From NCBI GenBank assembly GCA_017499595.2, contig CM039006.1, positions 2,418,001 to 2,482,000 on the forward strand: a stretch of 64,000 bases of DNA, read 5' to 3'. Positions 26,448 through 42,769 of this stretch are shown piece by piece. The translations under genes were made by a program, and so were the position numbers. The DNA comes from Psilocybe cubensis (lineage: Eukaryota). The notes below the pieces were generated by a model. It worked only from the letters and a program-made list of their open reading frames with translations, did not search any database and was not told the DNA's origin. The first letter of the stretch is position 1. Every line of letters starts with the position of its first letter.

Positions 26448-27044
26448 CGCACTATGGTTGAGAAGGGAGTCTGGATATGGATGGAGTTCGTTGGAAAAAG
26501 ATTATAAGCAACTTGTAATTCGGAAACGAGTAGCATTGCTCGGATTAGTTAATTTCGAGTGGGTAAAAAATCCTGTTTCCTGGCTGGATAACTCGAACTC
26601 CGTGGGATGGCAAACCCAGAACCCTTAATGAAGCACTTAATCGAGGCACACGACTATACTTTTCCAACCCAGAACCAGAAGCTGTAAGGTTTAATTGTTC
26701 TAAATGACTTACCTAGTAATAGCGGCTAGCCTGCTGATTTCTCGTCAAAATCTGGTCCCCACAGAATCACGCCTCGCCTCGCAATAATGCATCCCAAACT
26801 ATGGCATTATCTTGCGTCCCTTTTGCTGGAGTCGGTGGTTGAAGATAAATGACTTTTCGGTTGACCTACGGCTGGTGTATCGTTCATGGATGGATGGTGG
26901 ATGAAAGAAAGGATCGTGGGAATTGAAATGACGATCACAGATTGTTTGGAAACGCAATCCCGATTCTTGTAACAATTCTCTCTTGACCATATAACATCGT
27001 CGAAAGATCTCCTTGAACCCCTCGACAAAGCCTTTAAACTCAAA

Positions 27045-28186
27045 ATGTCTAGAAGAGCTGCGATAGTAGAAGAGTTTGACGACGACACGGATCTGCCACT
27101 TCCTTCGTTTCCTCTGCCTAATACCGGCTCACGCGGACCTCTCCTGGAAGAGCTGCACATCTCAGACGACGAATTTGAGCCTCGTGGAAGTCAGAAAGCA
27201 GGCCCTGCATCGCCAACGCGGTATCAGCCGAGAACAGAGTCGACTTCGAGAGGGAGTGATCCAACATCCAATATCAATCGGGTGACAGACATCACGCCAT
27301 ATAAAAAGTGCGTCCTTTTTCCTTTGTATCTTGGTAGAGCAGGCGCTTGATAAGTTCTCTTAAATTTCTTTATGAATGTGCTAAATCACGCCTATCTTCT
27401 ATGAAGTTGGTCGTGCATTTACCCCATCTATATCGACGCCAAACGTCCATATGGAAGAGGCCAACGGCGCATTGAACGTGCAAAGAGCTTGTGGTTTCCA
27501 CTTAGTAAAGATATCGCTGACGCCGCCAGCCATCTCGGACTCCAAACCCTTCATGAAGTCAACAAGGCTCACCCTCGAGACTGGGAAAATCCTGGTCGGG
27601 TTAGAGTGCAGTGGAAGAAAGACGGAAGGCTCGTCAATCCGGCTGTGAAGACAAGTCAGCATTGTATACGTTCCTATGATACTGGTTTTTGATTTAACAC
27701 ACTCCTTTAATCACAGAAAAGCAGCTTTTGGAAATGATCTGCTTTTATCTTCAGCGCGTCAATCCTGAGAACATCCCCAAGCCGCCGTACATCATGTCTA
27801 CCACCACCCCTACCGCAACCACACCTGTGTCCGCTAAAGCAAGCACAACTCCCGCTCTAACACCATCAGTGCCACCCTCAAGTAAAGAAAAAGGCAAACA
27901 ACCAGTAGCATCAACGCTTTCTAAAACAAAAATGCTATCTTCTCCACCAACCGTTCGTAGTGGAGGCCGTAAACTCCCTGTACCACCAGAACCCCTTCCT
28001 GATCTCGCAAACCGCGTATCGGCGTACTCCCCGGCATTATCCACCGGCGTTCTCATTGAAACTGTAAAGGCTGGCATGAATGCGACAGATACCGCTGGCG
28101 CAGGAGCTGGTGTAGCAGGCGCAGGAGGGCCAGGAGGAGGTGCTGTAGGGAAAGGGAAAAGAAAAGTTGTTCGCGTTAGGGGATGA
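27045..28186 (+). CDS. SEC65: Signal recognition particle subunit SRP19/Sec65
   Basis: WSCIYPIYIDAKRP...RRI, E..KAHPRDWENPGRVRVQ, basic C-terminus GKGKRKVVRVRG; 2 introns. Confidence 0.92.
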
Positions 28187-28822
28187 TTTCGTACGATGTA
28201 ACAACAAGGCTGCGTATAATCTTAATACAAATCACGTGTTCATATTTTTACCTGGCGTTAATCCCTCCCGATTCGGGCAAAATTTAGTGTCTTTGCACAG
28301 CGCAGGATTCTACGCATGCACGGTTTCGTTAAATGGCCGGCCAGGCACCAGGCCCCACCATGAAGAGGTTGACACGAGTATACTACGTATTAGCAGTGAC
28401 AGTGGCAGGAACACGCAACCTGGCCGGTGGAAAAGAAACAACGGTAAGTTTCCATTTTCCCGCTCTCCGTGGTTTTAACTGACCACCGCATTTTCCTCGA
28501 AAAATTCAAAGCAAAATTGGGATGATTTTCAAGCGCTAGCGCACCGGAGTTTCACATTGATGCTGATCACAGGCATAGCGAATCAATTTTCAATCCTCAA
28601 AGCTCTAGTTTTGCTACAAAGGCCAATGAATCTTGGCCCAGCATTGACGAAACTTGATAACAAGATTCATTTGATGTATTTTTGATGTACCTGTACCTGG
28701 AAGGTAAAAACTCTTGAAACTGATAATGCATTGACACGGTCCTTTATTTGTCCCGACGCCTGCCAGTTCTATACTAATACCAGAGCCTACGAGTAAATTG
28801 GGGTAATTCTACTCTCTTTTCA

Positions 28823-30144
28823 ATGCGTCTCTCCTCAAAATTGATTACAGCCGCTCTAGGGGCTTTCGCCTATTGGCCAGGCAGCTACGCATGGGCAGCA
28901 GCAGGTATCTCTTTTGTGACAAGTTCATCTGAGCGGAGCGTCCTGATAATTCTTGTTTCTGCTTCCAATAGGGCATGAAATTGTTGCCACAATAGCGCAA
29001 ATTTACTTACATCCAAATGTCCTTCCGATATTGTGCAATATCCTCGACCTGCGCGGGGACAAATGTCACATGGCGTCTGTGGCCACCTGGGCTGACGAGA
29101 ACCGCAAACAGATGCTCTGGTCCGGGGCAATGCACTTCGTCAATGCATTGGAAGATAACCCACCTTCTACATGTGCGTTTCCCGGGCCTAGCGGTTGGGC
29201 GGGGAAACAAGGGTCCAACGTACTCGACGGGATCAAAAACACGACACACCTGCTGCAAAAATGGGTCAACCATGACGAGAGCGACATCGTCGCCAATGAG
29301 GCCTTGAAATTCTTGATCCATTTCTTGGGCGATATGCACCAACCCCTTCACCTCACAGGTAAACATCGGGGCGGAAATTGCGTCGCAGTGCTCTTTGAAG
29401 AGCAGGAGACCAGTACGTGAATTCAGCAACCATCTCCCTGGATAGAATTTCAGGCACTTAGTATATCTATATATAGCCTTGCATATCCTTTGGGATCATT
29501 TCCTTGTCGCCAGAGCTATCCGCACAACTTCCAGCAACTACTCGCGTCCTCTCCCACTCCGTGAGGTTGAGGATGCCCTCCGCGGGTCGACATACGACCC
29601 ATTCATCCGCAGAATTGTATCAGAGGGCCTGCTTGGTGTATGGGCCGACGACCTCAAAACCTGGTTTAGCTGTCCTGCACCCAACACGGCGTCAAAAGAT
29701 ATTGTCTCTGACGTTACGTCCTCATCTGGCCTGTTGTCTATGTTTCAATCGGCCTACAGGTTCACCAGCCGGATCACACGGGGACTTGTCAATGTCGGGG
29801 TGGAAATTAACCCCGATGGTCCTATTGTATGTCCTTACTATTGGGCACAACCCCTGCACGAGCTCAACTGCGAGCTCGTATGGCCAAAGGAGCTTGAGAG
29901 TCTTCCTTACAACCAACCACAGTTTGAATCTAATAGCGCCGTGAGCAGTGAATGCGAGAAAACCCCGCCTCTGGATCTCGATGTATCCAAGTACGCGGAT
30001 GTCATCGAAAGGGACATGGTCGTCGAGAAGCTTCTTGCTCAGGGAGGCATTCGCCTTGCAGGACTGCTGAACTATATCTTCGCTAACAAGAGCCAGCCTA
30101 CATTACCAATAACATGGTCAGACGACTTTGAAGAAGCAATGTAA
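28823..30144 (+). CDS. Secreted S1/P1 nuclease
   Basis: Signal peptide followed by WAAAGHEIVA, ATWADE, HFVN, LIHFLGDMHQPLH..GGN, LHILWD, GGIRLAGLLN. Confidence 0.92.
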
Positions 30145-30368
30145 GATCAACATTCAGAGGAGAATAGGGGGCCTGTGTTCATAAATGTCATAAGCTCTCC
30201 AACCGTTATGGCATCTTGTAGCTATCGAATAGATGATAGTTAGAATAAATAGTACAGGTTTTGGATGGGTTTTTCATAGACCTGCAGTGACTTTATACAT
30301 TGAATTCGTTATCTTCAAGGAAAAAGCATATGTCCTCCTGAGTTTGTCCCATTACAAAACTTTGCCAT

Positions 30369-33300
30369 TTACTGCGCCTCCGGAATCAGTTCGATAACAA
30401 ACCTCAAAACGACCTCCTCGCTCTTTGGATTTCGTATTTCCAAGGACCTATGACGAGAAGGGCCTGGGGAAAGATTCGAATGCACCTTATATCCAGGGTA
30501 AGGAATCCACATTTGCCGCCGTCCACTCGTGCTCCAAATCCAGCCATTGGAATCAACCATCGATGCATACTGAAGAGACGCATCGTTGGTAACTCGGGAG
30601 TATTCGATTTTGGCAGGGATCATCCTCGAATTGTTGTCAGCTGAATGGTCGTCTTGCATCATGTGCGCGGGAAGAGATTTGACGAGACGTGCGGGAGGGC
30701 CGTCGTAAACTTGGCCTTGAAGGATGATTTCTTGACCGTCCGGCATAAAATATATAGAGGTCATCGAGAATTGTGTGCTTCGCTTGTACAGCAAGTCCCC
30801 AGTGAAGGTGTCCCAGAGACGTATTTCTGGGTCGGCTGACTTCCCTTTCAAAACAAAGCCATGGAGGACTGCAATCGTGTATGCGTTATCCGGGGACAGC
30901 ATTAGTTTACTGGGCCAAAAAGAGGGGCACTCCAGCGGTACAATATCCTTTTTGTCTCCGAGCGCGTAGTTGTGATGTACATTTATACAATCTTTGGAAT
31001 ACCCGCTCGAGGTCACCATAATACGGCTTTCTTCAGCCCACGCAAACCTGAACTCCTGGGGTTCGTATGGGTACTTGCGAAGATGAAGTGCCACATGTTT
31101 TCCAACCTTTTTTCGAGAGTCCGTATCAAAGATGCCAATGCCTACTTCATCGGGCATTGCGACAAGTTTGCCGTCTCGAGATATGGCGACTGTTGCCCAA
31201 GTTTCTTCAATATTCGTATGTGGTAAGAACCCGTTGACGACGTTTCCTGTATCGGCCTCCCAAATTTCCATCGCTCCTGAGATCTCGCCAACCATGACCC
31301 TTTTTCCATTGGCAGAATAGGTAATGAAGGAGTTTCCAGTGATTTCTGTTTCAAGATTGTGAATGCGTTTGCTGGTTTTGAGATCCCAGATTGATATACT
31401 CTTTTTCGCAACAGTCGCTATTTGTTGACCATCAGGAGAGAAAGCTACACCGAAAACAATGCTATCAGTATGGATAGACCGCCTAATTTCATGACCATGT
31501 CTAGCATCCAGGAACGATATTTTCCCCTGAAGATGAGACGCCTGCGCGACGACATATCCGAAGTGAGAGTAAGATGATTGGTCGGAAAATTTTAGCCTCT
31601 GACTTTGGTTAGAGTGAAAGACGGACTCGGCGTGCTCCTCAGTGGACCAGTCGAATGGTATATCCACAGACCTCCACTTTGACTCGGCGTTGGAGTCAAG
31701 GTCGGTTATATTGAGTAAATTTGTCTTGCGATATACCTTAAACAGCATAGAGTCGGAAAGCATCAAAGGCAAAGCTGAGATATATGTCTGCATTGCTGCC
31801 TTTGATATGATGGGGGAGAAAGTTGTAACGAATTTGTGACCTTCGACAGCCAGAACGTGTAGCACATCACCCGGAGGGATTTTAACTCGCTATAAGCAAA
31901 AATGTTGCGGTCAGATGGGGGATTGGTAAGTAGAATGCGACAGAAACATACCTCATACCATGCGATCAACGATGTCAAAATATCTTTGCAGAGATCGATA
32001 TGGCCTAAGAAACTCATGGTCTCGAACCAGTGTAAGAGACTAGACGAAAGGAATTTCTCCAATTTTTCGAAGGTAGGTTCACTTAAATAAGTCACGCCGG
32101 GTATCGCTTTCGGTGGGGGACCCAATGAAGACACGCATAATGCAACGATTGTGGTATGTGTTTTTCAATGCGCTCGGATAAGTCATGGATCTCTTCGTTC
32201 AATGCCATTACATTGTCGAGACAGAGAATGTTTTGCTTTAAGCTGACGTTTAATTCATCGAGACAAGCCTCTGCCATGGAACGATTCCTGAGCGACGGAT
32301 TGATGACTATTCCTGTGTCGCCACATCGTGCGTCGTTGGTCAAAAAGTCTTCGAGACTCGGATGTATGCCATATAGAAGGGTACCCTCGCGTCCTCGTCC
32401 TTTTTCAATGATGCATCCGAGACCCCGCATGATGTCAACTATGCATTCGTTGTCCTTGAAAGGATCACCAGCAACCTGTCGAAGTACTGACAGGGAAAGC
32501 GGCTTCGTCGATTTAATAAAGGTCCCCAAGATCGTCGAGATGGCCAGGTTTGGGTAAGGAATAACCCCAATAATCGCGCGAAATAGATCGTCCATGGTAT
32601 CCTCTTTCGATAACGGTGTTCGCAACGATAAAACGCGCGATAAAATGGACACCTCCATGCCATCGCCACATGAAAGAAGGGCCTGATTAATTGTAGAAAC
32701 CCACAGGTGTAATCCCATCGCCCGGGTTACGAACTGGTCATGAAGTTCCTCTGCGGAATAGTGTTCCCCAAGTTTGGGTTTCTTTTCAAAGAGCGATCGA
32801 AGGCACTGCGATATATAGCTGCTTGTATCGAGCATACTTCCCTCGTCGTCAAATCCGATCTCATGGATATGGCAGTGAGCTGCCTGTTTCAAGGTTCCCA
32901 TAACAGAGTCGTGGGGGCGAGTTGTCATGAGAATGCGAAAATTGGGCGGGAGACTGGCACAGTGAAGGGATAAGGCAGTTATGAGCCTGTGCTGCTCCGA
33001 TGGGACTAAGCCTTCATACAGTCCATCAAGAACGATTAAGACTGGCCCAATCAGCAGGAGGTTTCTGGTAGCCTTTACAATGAGATCAGGAAACTGTCGT
33101 CCAATGTCAGCCCACGCAAGAGAATGGTCGGCCTTTAGAAGGTCGGCCATTTGAGAGCGAATCGTAGGGTCGTATCCAGAAAGCTCAAATGCAATAGAGC
33201 TGCACACTCTCTGAGAATCTGCCTCGCCTGCATCCCCATTAAGAAACACCGACGCTCCTAACCTCCCTTGCTGGTGGAATGCCTGAGCGACGGTATGCGC

Positions 33301-34933
33301 TATGGCCGATTTTCCGCAGCCTTGGGGTCCAGAAAGCAAATATATACGGCTTTCCTGTGCCGTTTCCTTGGGACTGGACGCCGAAGCCCATCGAACTACA
33401 TCGTCGATGATATTCTGACGGGTACCCCGAGCGCAAACCTTCCCAGAGTCCCAGTTTATGGCTTTCAGTTTTGGCAAATTGTTAAGATACAGCAGGTTCT
33501 CTAAAAAAGGTAGCGTGAAGATGTGCAATTTGGCTACGACCTTGTGAAATCAAAACTAACCTACGCTCTCAATTTTTTGGAGAATCCGAAATGAGACCAC
33601 CGCTGTTTGAAGGGCAGTTCCCAGGATAAGTTCGATCTTCAGTTCGCCGAACGCCACTTCGAACTTCGATATCATTGAATCGGCATTGGAGACAACATTC
33701 ACCACGGCTCTCTGAACTTAGCAGCACGACTTTCCATAAGCTGGCGTAACTATAGCAACCAAATAAGCACTGACCAAAGTGTTTGAGTTTCCTGTAAGTC
33801 GCAATAAAATAAGCACATTCAGCCGTTTGAGTGAGTATACGCTGCAATGTGTCCTTGAACAACGCAATCTTCTCCATCGGCTTTGACTCCAAAAAGAATC
33901 GATATAAATCGTCTATAATACGAATCAATTCTTCAATTTTCGCGTCCCGATGAACTTGCTCGAGTACGATCTGCAGCGGCGTCAAAGAGAGAGAGAGAGA
34001 GATCACGAGTATGTATTGAACCCACCTTGAATGCAAAAGTCATGGCACTGACGGCCAGCTTTGCCCGAGAATCAAGCTGTGAATGGAGAAAATGTACAGA
34101 TGAGACGGACAGCTTCATAGTCATCGTGTAACAACATACTTCCGCAACCTTCTCTGCGATGGACGCAAAGGTACCAAGCGACGTCAACAGCTGTGTCCAT
34201 GCTGGATCAATTGTTTCGAATTGTTCTGGAGACACGGAATCCATAATTGCGCTAGCATCATAAAAGATAGATTGGAGTCGTTTAGTGTTACATTCGTCGC
34301 ATTCGCATATCTTTTTTGGTTTTGCGACCTTGACCATCATGGATATAAATCCACGTATCGGCAAGTCGTCTTTTCTGGGATGTACAAGCGGAAAGTCTTG
34401 TCCTATTCAAAAACAGGTTAGACCACTTCAAAAAGTTGTTATACTTCTTACTTTCGTTTCTCTTACATTTCAGCAACTCTAGTGTGGTGACCCCTAAAAC
34501 ATGGTCTTCGTTTGGGTCGTTATGTTTGCACACGACGTCAATAAACAGAACATCTCCTGGCCGAGTGGAACTTGGACTCGATTTAGCCATCGTACCAATG
34601 CATGTTCGTTTATGGACTCACAAAATGAAACTCTCGTTCCATTGCGGAGATCGGTCTCCTTTTTGGCTTACTTTGTTGGAGGAGAAGGTCTCCTTATTTG
34701 ATTCTAAAGTAAATGAATAAGAAGAAGAGGAGAATTGGTGTGGCTTGTGAAGCTCCCGGCCCTCAAGAACTGTCTGTATGGTCAAACTCCAAGCGCCGAG
34801 GAATGGTTATAATATCAAAGACATACCAATCACTTCCAAGTCGACAGCTTGACCGAGACCACTCCTTGCATAGGTCTCAGCAGACAATTAACAACCTGAA
34901 CCAGACTGCACACCTAGAGGATATGACGGCCAT
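30369..34933 (-). pseudogene. NLR-like C2-NACHT-WD40 gene with a frameshift near 32111
   Basis: N-terminal C2-like exons (LEVIVLEGREL, PQWNESF, DHVLG), Walker A GPQGCGKS, Walker B VLIVLDGLYE, HPSLEDFL, WD repeats (VAFSPDG, ISIWD). Frame breaks at YACLHWVPH. The 5' exon model is tentative. Confidence 0.82.
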
Positions 34934-36646
34934 TGAAGATGAAAGGGGGTTGAAGGAGCTCGCGATCGGAAGGATCCGTTCACACTGAGTACAGTTAATT
35001 TAAGTCCTCCGTGAAGAACTATAACTGTCTGCGCGCTTCTGCAAAACAGATCAGTAATCGACGTAAGGGCACATTCGCGAATAATGACCAGGTGATGTCT
35101 GTGCATAGCTGTGTTAAGGCGCCAATCTGCAGCGCTGGACGTCAAGGTCAGTTTAAGATTAGCATGGTTGATTTAAATACCCACAAGTCGGCGGTCAGTG
35201 GTCCCCGGTCACCAACTTGAACGAGGATGAGTTAGTATTGAAAACACGGATTCAGTATCGGTATATCATATGAAATAAGCTCATTTGGAACGAAGTTATA
35301 CAATCAGGACCAACATGGCATCGAGATGATAAAGAGTTGATGAGGCAAAAATGGAAAATGTGTTGGTCACAGCCTCACAGCCTTCTTCCTCAGGCTTTAG
35401 ATCTCCGCTTGCTGCTGTTTTACACTCCGATTTGACTCCGGTTGATATATGTTTGACAACCATAGTAGAAACACACAACAAATACATATTTACATACACT
35501 ATTGGATAAAGAAAGATAGCGATAAAATGCCTGGTTGATACATTGGAAAATGTAAATCTCTAGGGGTTGTGAAGGTATCATGCATTTTCGGCAGGCCGCA
35601 CGGCAACAAGTAAACAAGTGAGGCAATCAGGATTTGATAAGATAAAGATAAGATTATCTGAGATTTCGGCGATTCCAACTGCTGAAAACCATGTCAGGAA
35701 TCACAGGAATCAATCTATATCTCTGCTTCATTAACCATTCACGAGCGTGTCTCAACTCGTTGGGGTCGCAGTGCTGTGTAATTTATTTAAAAGTACTGCT
35801 TCCAGCAGAGTTGACCTACTTTACCAGGTCGTTCGTTAGCTAGAACTGTCATGGGCCTTGAATCTTTGAAAAGCAAACGCCACAGAGATCTGAATGACAA
35901 CGATTGGCATCCATGTGCTTGCGGTTTAGTCTGTCTCAATTTAATGGTATGTCCTTTATTAGATGTGATCTACTAAAGTGATTTGAGATGATCATCAGTT
36001 GAATACCTTTCTTCAGACTCGGAGATATTTGGGTGACAACTCCGAGCTAATTCTTTACGGCCGCTGAGAATGAAGAGGTGTTATAATCACCATTGGCGCC
36101 CCATGCTTACGTAAAGCCATTAATTATAAAAAGGTAGACGGCGATCATGTCATTTTGTCAGGTGTTGCTCTTATTCGGGATCCGATTAATGATATGCCAT
36201 CCTTACGAGCTGAAAGAGTGCCACATTTGACTAGGAATGTCCTTCTATATTTTTTGCTTCCTTTGTAGGTGCATTCTCTTACATCACCCTGTTCTTGCTA
36301 ATAGGGGCCTTTCTTTATCGACAACCCTTGTAGTGTAGTTGGGGGATGGATAAATCGGACTGCAAAGATGATATTTGATACACAAAACCTGCCAGATAGA
36401 AGGGATATGGAGAATCTTATCAGAAATTTCGAACTGGGAACGAAAGGATAATCAACAAGTCGGATCAATTGCAGTATATATGACTGCTGTCTTCTACGCC
36501 AGGCACTTTAAAACCACGATGATTGCCTCAGCTCACTACAATTAATTCCTCATCCTTCTCTATCGGAGTCGCTCATTTGCATTGTATTATATAAAGGCGA
36601 GCTGGGAGTCTCATGCAGCGGCGCTACCGCGAACAACCCATTCCTA

Positions 36647-38986
<2,340 letters not shown>

Positions 38987-39162
38987 TGATATACCACATG
39001 ATTATAGGAAACTTTTGGTGTTCGTACAGATGGAAACACTTCTCTACCCTTTGGGAATTTCGCAACGACAATTTATTCAGCTCAATATGATTGTATACAT
39101 AGAAGCTAGTAGTATAATTTCTCTCTTTGTTGGGCCGTTCGAAATATTATTATAAAATCCCT

Positions 39163-40674
39163 TTAGGAATTGCTGGTGGATGGACGAATTGGCTGAAGTC
39201 TGATACGGTCCGCAACTCGTCCAGAGGATGATATGAAGACAGTCGGTGCCGATCCATCTCCCTATACGTACAGTATAAACAATTAGTGTGACATCAGTTT
39301 ATAAGTTCGAAAAATACAGACAATCATAGTGTTGGGGAATCCAGGGTCGAATGCCACGACGCTTTCCAAATACTTGATCTGCTCATCGCTGAGAGTAATT
39401 TCGAGAGCTTCAACGTTGGCGAGTAGATGTTCTACTTTACGCCCACCAACAATTGGGAAGACGTATGGGGTTTTTTGCATCAAGTATGCAATAGCAACTG
39501 AGGAGCCAAACATCCCACATCAGCAATTGCGTACCGAATGAGTTGATTGATTAGCAATTAGAAACTTACCCGCAGTGATATGTTTAGCTCCAACTTCCGA
39601 TGCCACCTTCTCGAGAGCCTTGCATACCGCTTTCTCCTGCTCCGTACGTTCCCATTGATCCGACATAACAGTACGCCCCTTTTCACCAGTTTGACGACGT
39701 TTCTCCTCTTCTTCGTCGGTCCTTATTTTACCGGCAGCGAGTACATTCCAAGGAGCAAGGGCCAGACCTGCATCAACAGTCAGTACGATTCCGGTCATTG
39801 TCTAGGAACGCCGTTTACCTTCTGATCTTGCCATAGGAATGATTTCACGTTCAAACGAACGCTGCATGATGTTCCATGCGCCTTGATAGATGATGAATGG
39901 AGTGAGCGCATGGTCCTTTGCGTACTGGTTCGCTTTAGCAACGATCCATGCTGGCGTGTCAGAGACACCCTTTTTATTACGTGAGGATCAGGAATCATTT
40001 TGTGCAACGTGGACATGAAGATAGGACGTACGAGGTACAAGACCTTCCCCTGTAATACTAAGGTATGAAGGGACCTCATTACTTCTTCCACACTAGTGTC
40101 CCAGTCCCACCAATGAACATAGAGAAGGTCTATGTACGTGGTACGAAGCTTTTTCAAAGATGCCTCCACGGATATATGCATCGATTTTGCATTGTTTCCA
40201 ACATACAATATTTGCTGTTCAACAGAAGGATTGCGAGCTTTGAAGTTTGTTGTATACTGATAGACGATTAAAATGGAATGTTTAAAGTATGTGTGAAGTT
40301 TGACAAACCTTAGTAGCGATAAATAATTGATCTCTAATCCCTCTTTTTTCTGCCCACTCCCCGACGAAGAGCTCCGAGGTTTCGTCTTGACTGTAAGATA
40401 AATTTGTTAGTCCCTCTTTCAAAATAAAGGTGTATGAGGTTCACTAATTGTTCGCGGTATCGATGAAATTTCCTCCATTGTCAAAATAGGCGTCGAGGAG
40501 TTTAAAGCTGCTTTCCTTGTCCATACTACCCATACCAAGTTCACCCCACTTGTCACCGATGCTCATTGCACCAAGTTGAATAGGGGAAACACGGACACCG
40601 GCATTTGGGGAAAGTACACGGTAAACACCAAGGCCGGTTTTGGGAGGGGGTGCTGGTTTCCAGATCCTAGACAT
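39163..40674 (-). CDS. Aldo-keto reductase, aryl-alcohol dehydrogenase (AAD/NorA-like)
   Basis: [15 protein letters not shown]; tetrad residues in FIDTANNY, IATKY and [23 protein letters not shown]. Confidence 0.93.
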
Positions 40675-41540
40675 GATGTGTACGTTGTGAGAGATCAGAA
40701 CGTCGGAGGGTTTCTGTGATATGTCTGTTTTCTGGCCCTTTATATAGGCTTTCTGTCGTTATCTAGAAAAATCCTTTGAACCTGAGAACCTTTTTTTTTG
40801 ATGAGTAATCATCTTCCCTAGACGAATGAGAATCGCATGCAAATATCATGCCCTAACTAACATGCCGCGGCAGCTCGATGACGTGGTGCTCCTCCTGAGA
40901 AATAGAGCACCTGTTTTTGGGAAGATCGAAGATTCTTTCTAAGCAATTGCTAAGCAGGCGCTATGGAACGATGACTCGAACCATTGATCGATAGAGGAGA
41001 CGAGAACCTTTTGGTGTCTCTAGTGGTCACAACGGTGGTTCTAGGTTCATGATATAGAAGTGTTAATCATCATTGATGATCCATAGGTAAAGCCTGGTGC
41101 AAAGGATGAGATACACGTTCAAGAAATGTGAACCCCTGCTGACCGCCGCAAGCCTTGAGAGAACACCAAAACAGGAGAAACGCCGTTTAACATACCGCAG
41201 TGTGGTTCTACATAGAGAGACTTTTCCAAAATCACGGAGCGAATATAAAGCAAGCGGTAAGTCCTAAGGCCCAAGGCCTTGCAGGTGTCTTCCATGGTAG
41301 TCAGGCATAACCAATTCGGCGGAACTGGGTTCAATTGGACCGTAACAAATAATCACAATCAGTAACAGGCACGGAGCCGAGGTCGGCAGAATTTAATGCT
41401 TTTAATGTCCATCGTAGCTTTCCGACGCCTTTAAAGCCTTTTTCATCATCTATCCATTCCCAATCTCGTTTCAAGCTTCAAGCTTCGTAATTTTCTACTA
41501 CTACAATTTTTGATATTGAGAACTATTGCATATCGCAGTA

Positions 41541-42505
41541 TTACGAGTCAGTTCCGGTTACCAGCGCTGTGTGTTCCCACAGCAGAGTTTGCGCATTTTC
41601 GGCTTGAGGAAACTTTAACATTCCAATATCATCGCCAGTTTTGTTGCGTCGGTTCATTCCCTTGTTGGCATATAGCATTGCATATAACATATACTCTGCA
41701 CAATCCTGCCTAGGTGTAGTTAAGAGCCACAGTAAAGGACGAAGGGGAATAACAAGAATTTTGGTAGCCAAGTGCTGGTTGCTGATGGTTCCTGTATAGA
41801 CGACTCCGGGATGAATGTGAGTGAACGAAATATCAGGATTTTGGCGGGAAAATTCCTGGTAAAAGGTATCAATATATTGTTGTGGTGGGGAATTATTAAA
41901 AAATGACTGACCGCGACCATGAGGTCATTATAAGCAGTACTTTGAGCCATGGCTTTTAGGCCTTTGTAAGAGTTCTTCAAGCCTAGATTGTCGAGATTAA
42001 TTTCTGGTCCAAGGCCGGCTCCGAGAACGGTAATGACGCTCGATGACTCGCCGTTTCCTTTCGCATTCTGTAGCAAGGGAAGGAGGTTATACGTCAGAAC
42101 CCATCTGGAGTAATACCTCAATGCCAGTTTAATATCAATGCCTTCCTCTGTTTCCTGCCTTCCTCCAAAGCCAACAACAGCGGCACAATGAACGAGGAAG
42201 TTAACGCGAGAAACGCGCTCTTTGATCTGACCAGCCAAAGAACAAACATTCTGCATCAAAGTGAGGTCGCATTCCAAGAACTCGTATGTTGATTCCTCAG
42301 TTTTTGGAAGAGATGCGAGGAATGATTCTGCAGCACTTTTGTTGCGCCCGAAAATGATGATGTGAATTCGTCCATGTAGATGACGTGCCAAAGCGTTGGC
42401 CATGCTTTGTCCTATTCCTGCGGTGCCTCCGGTGACAACCATTACAGGAACATACGAAGGCGCGTAGTTTGCGTTAGCCTGAGAGACGTCGAGGAGGGAA
42501 GGCAT
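41541..42505 (-). CDS. Short-chain dehydrogenase/reductase (atypical, no clear YxxxK)
   Basis: VVTGGTAGIG, CDLTLM, ETEEGID.KLALRYYSRW, FTHIHPGVV; one intron at about 41857-41912. Confidence 0.88.
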
Positions 42506-42769
42506 GTTTCTGTGTTGATAAAGCGCATCGTTCCAAGCGCCTGCTTTTACATCTTTGTAAGTCAGCCAGAGTTCCTCGCACACTATCCCAATGGGGCATT
42601 TACTGCGGAATGCCAAATAATGACAAAGGCAAGTAACTTAGCCATGGTAGGTGTGCAAAGGGGGAGAATTCGATTCATCTCGCCCGGAAACGCAGCCGAA
42701 AGGTACTGAATTCTGAAATTGGGCCAAAAATAGCTTCCACGCGAATCATCGTTGTTTACAACACCGTTG

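Noticed and set aside
33986-34002. (AG)n tract in an NLR intron, and the (CATACA)n tract near 62308-62337
   Set aside because: Ordinary microsatellites.
28823-34933. S1/P1 nuclease as effector of the adjacent NLR
   Set aside because: The nuclease has a signal peptide and no shared signalling motif; adjacency is the only evidence.
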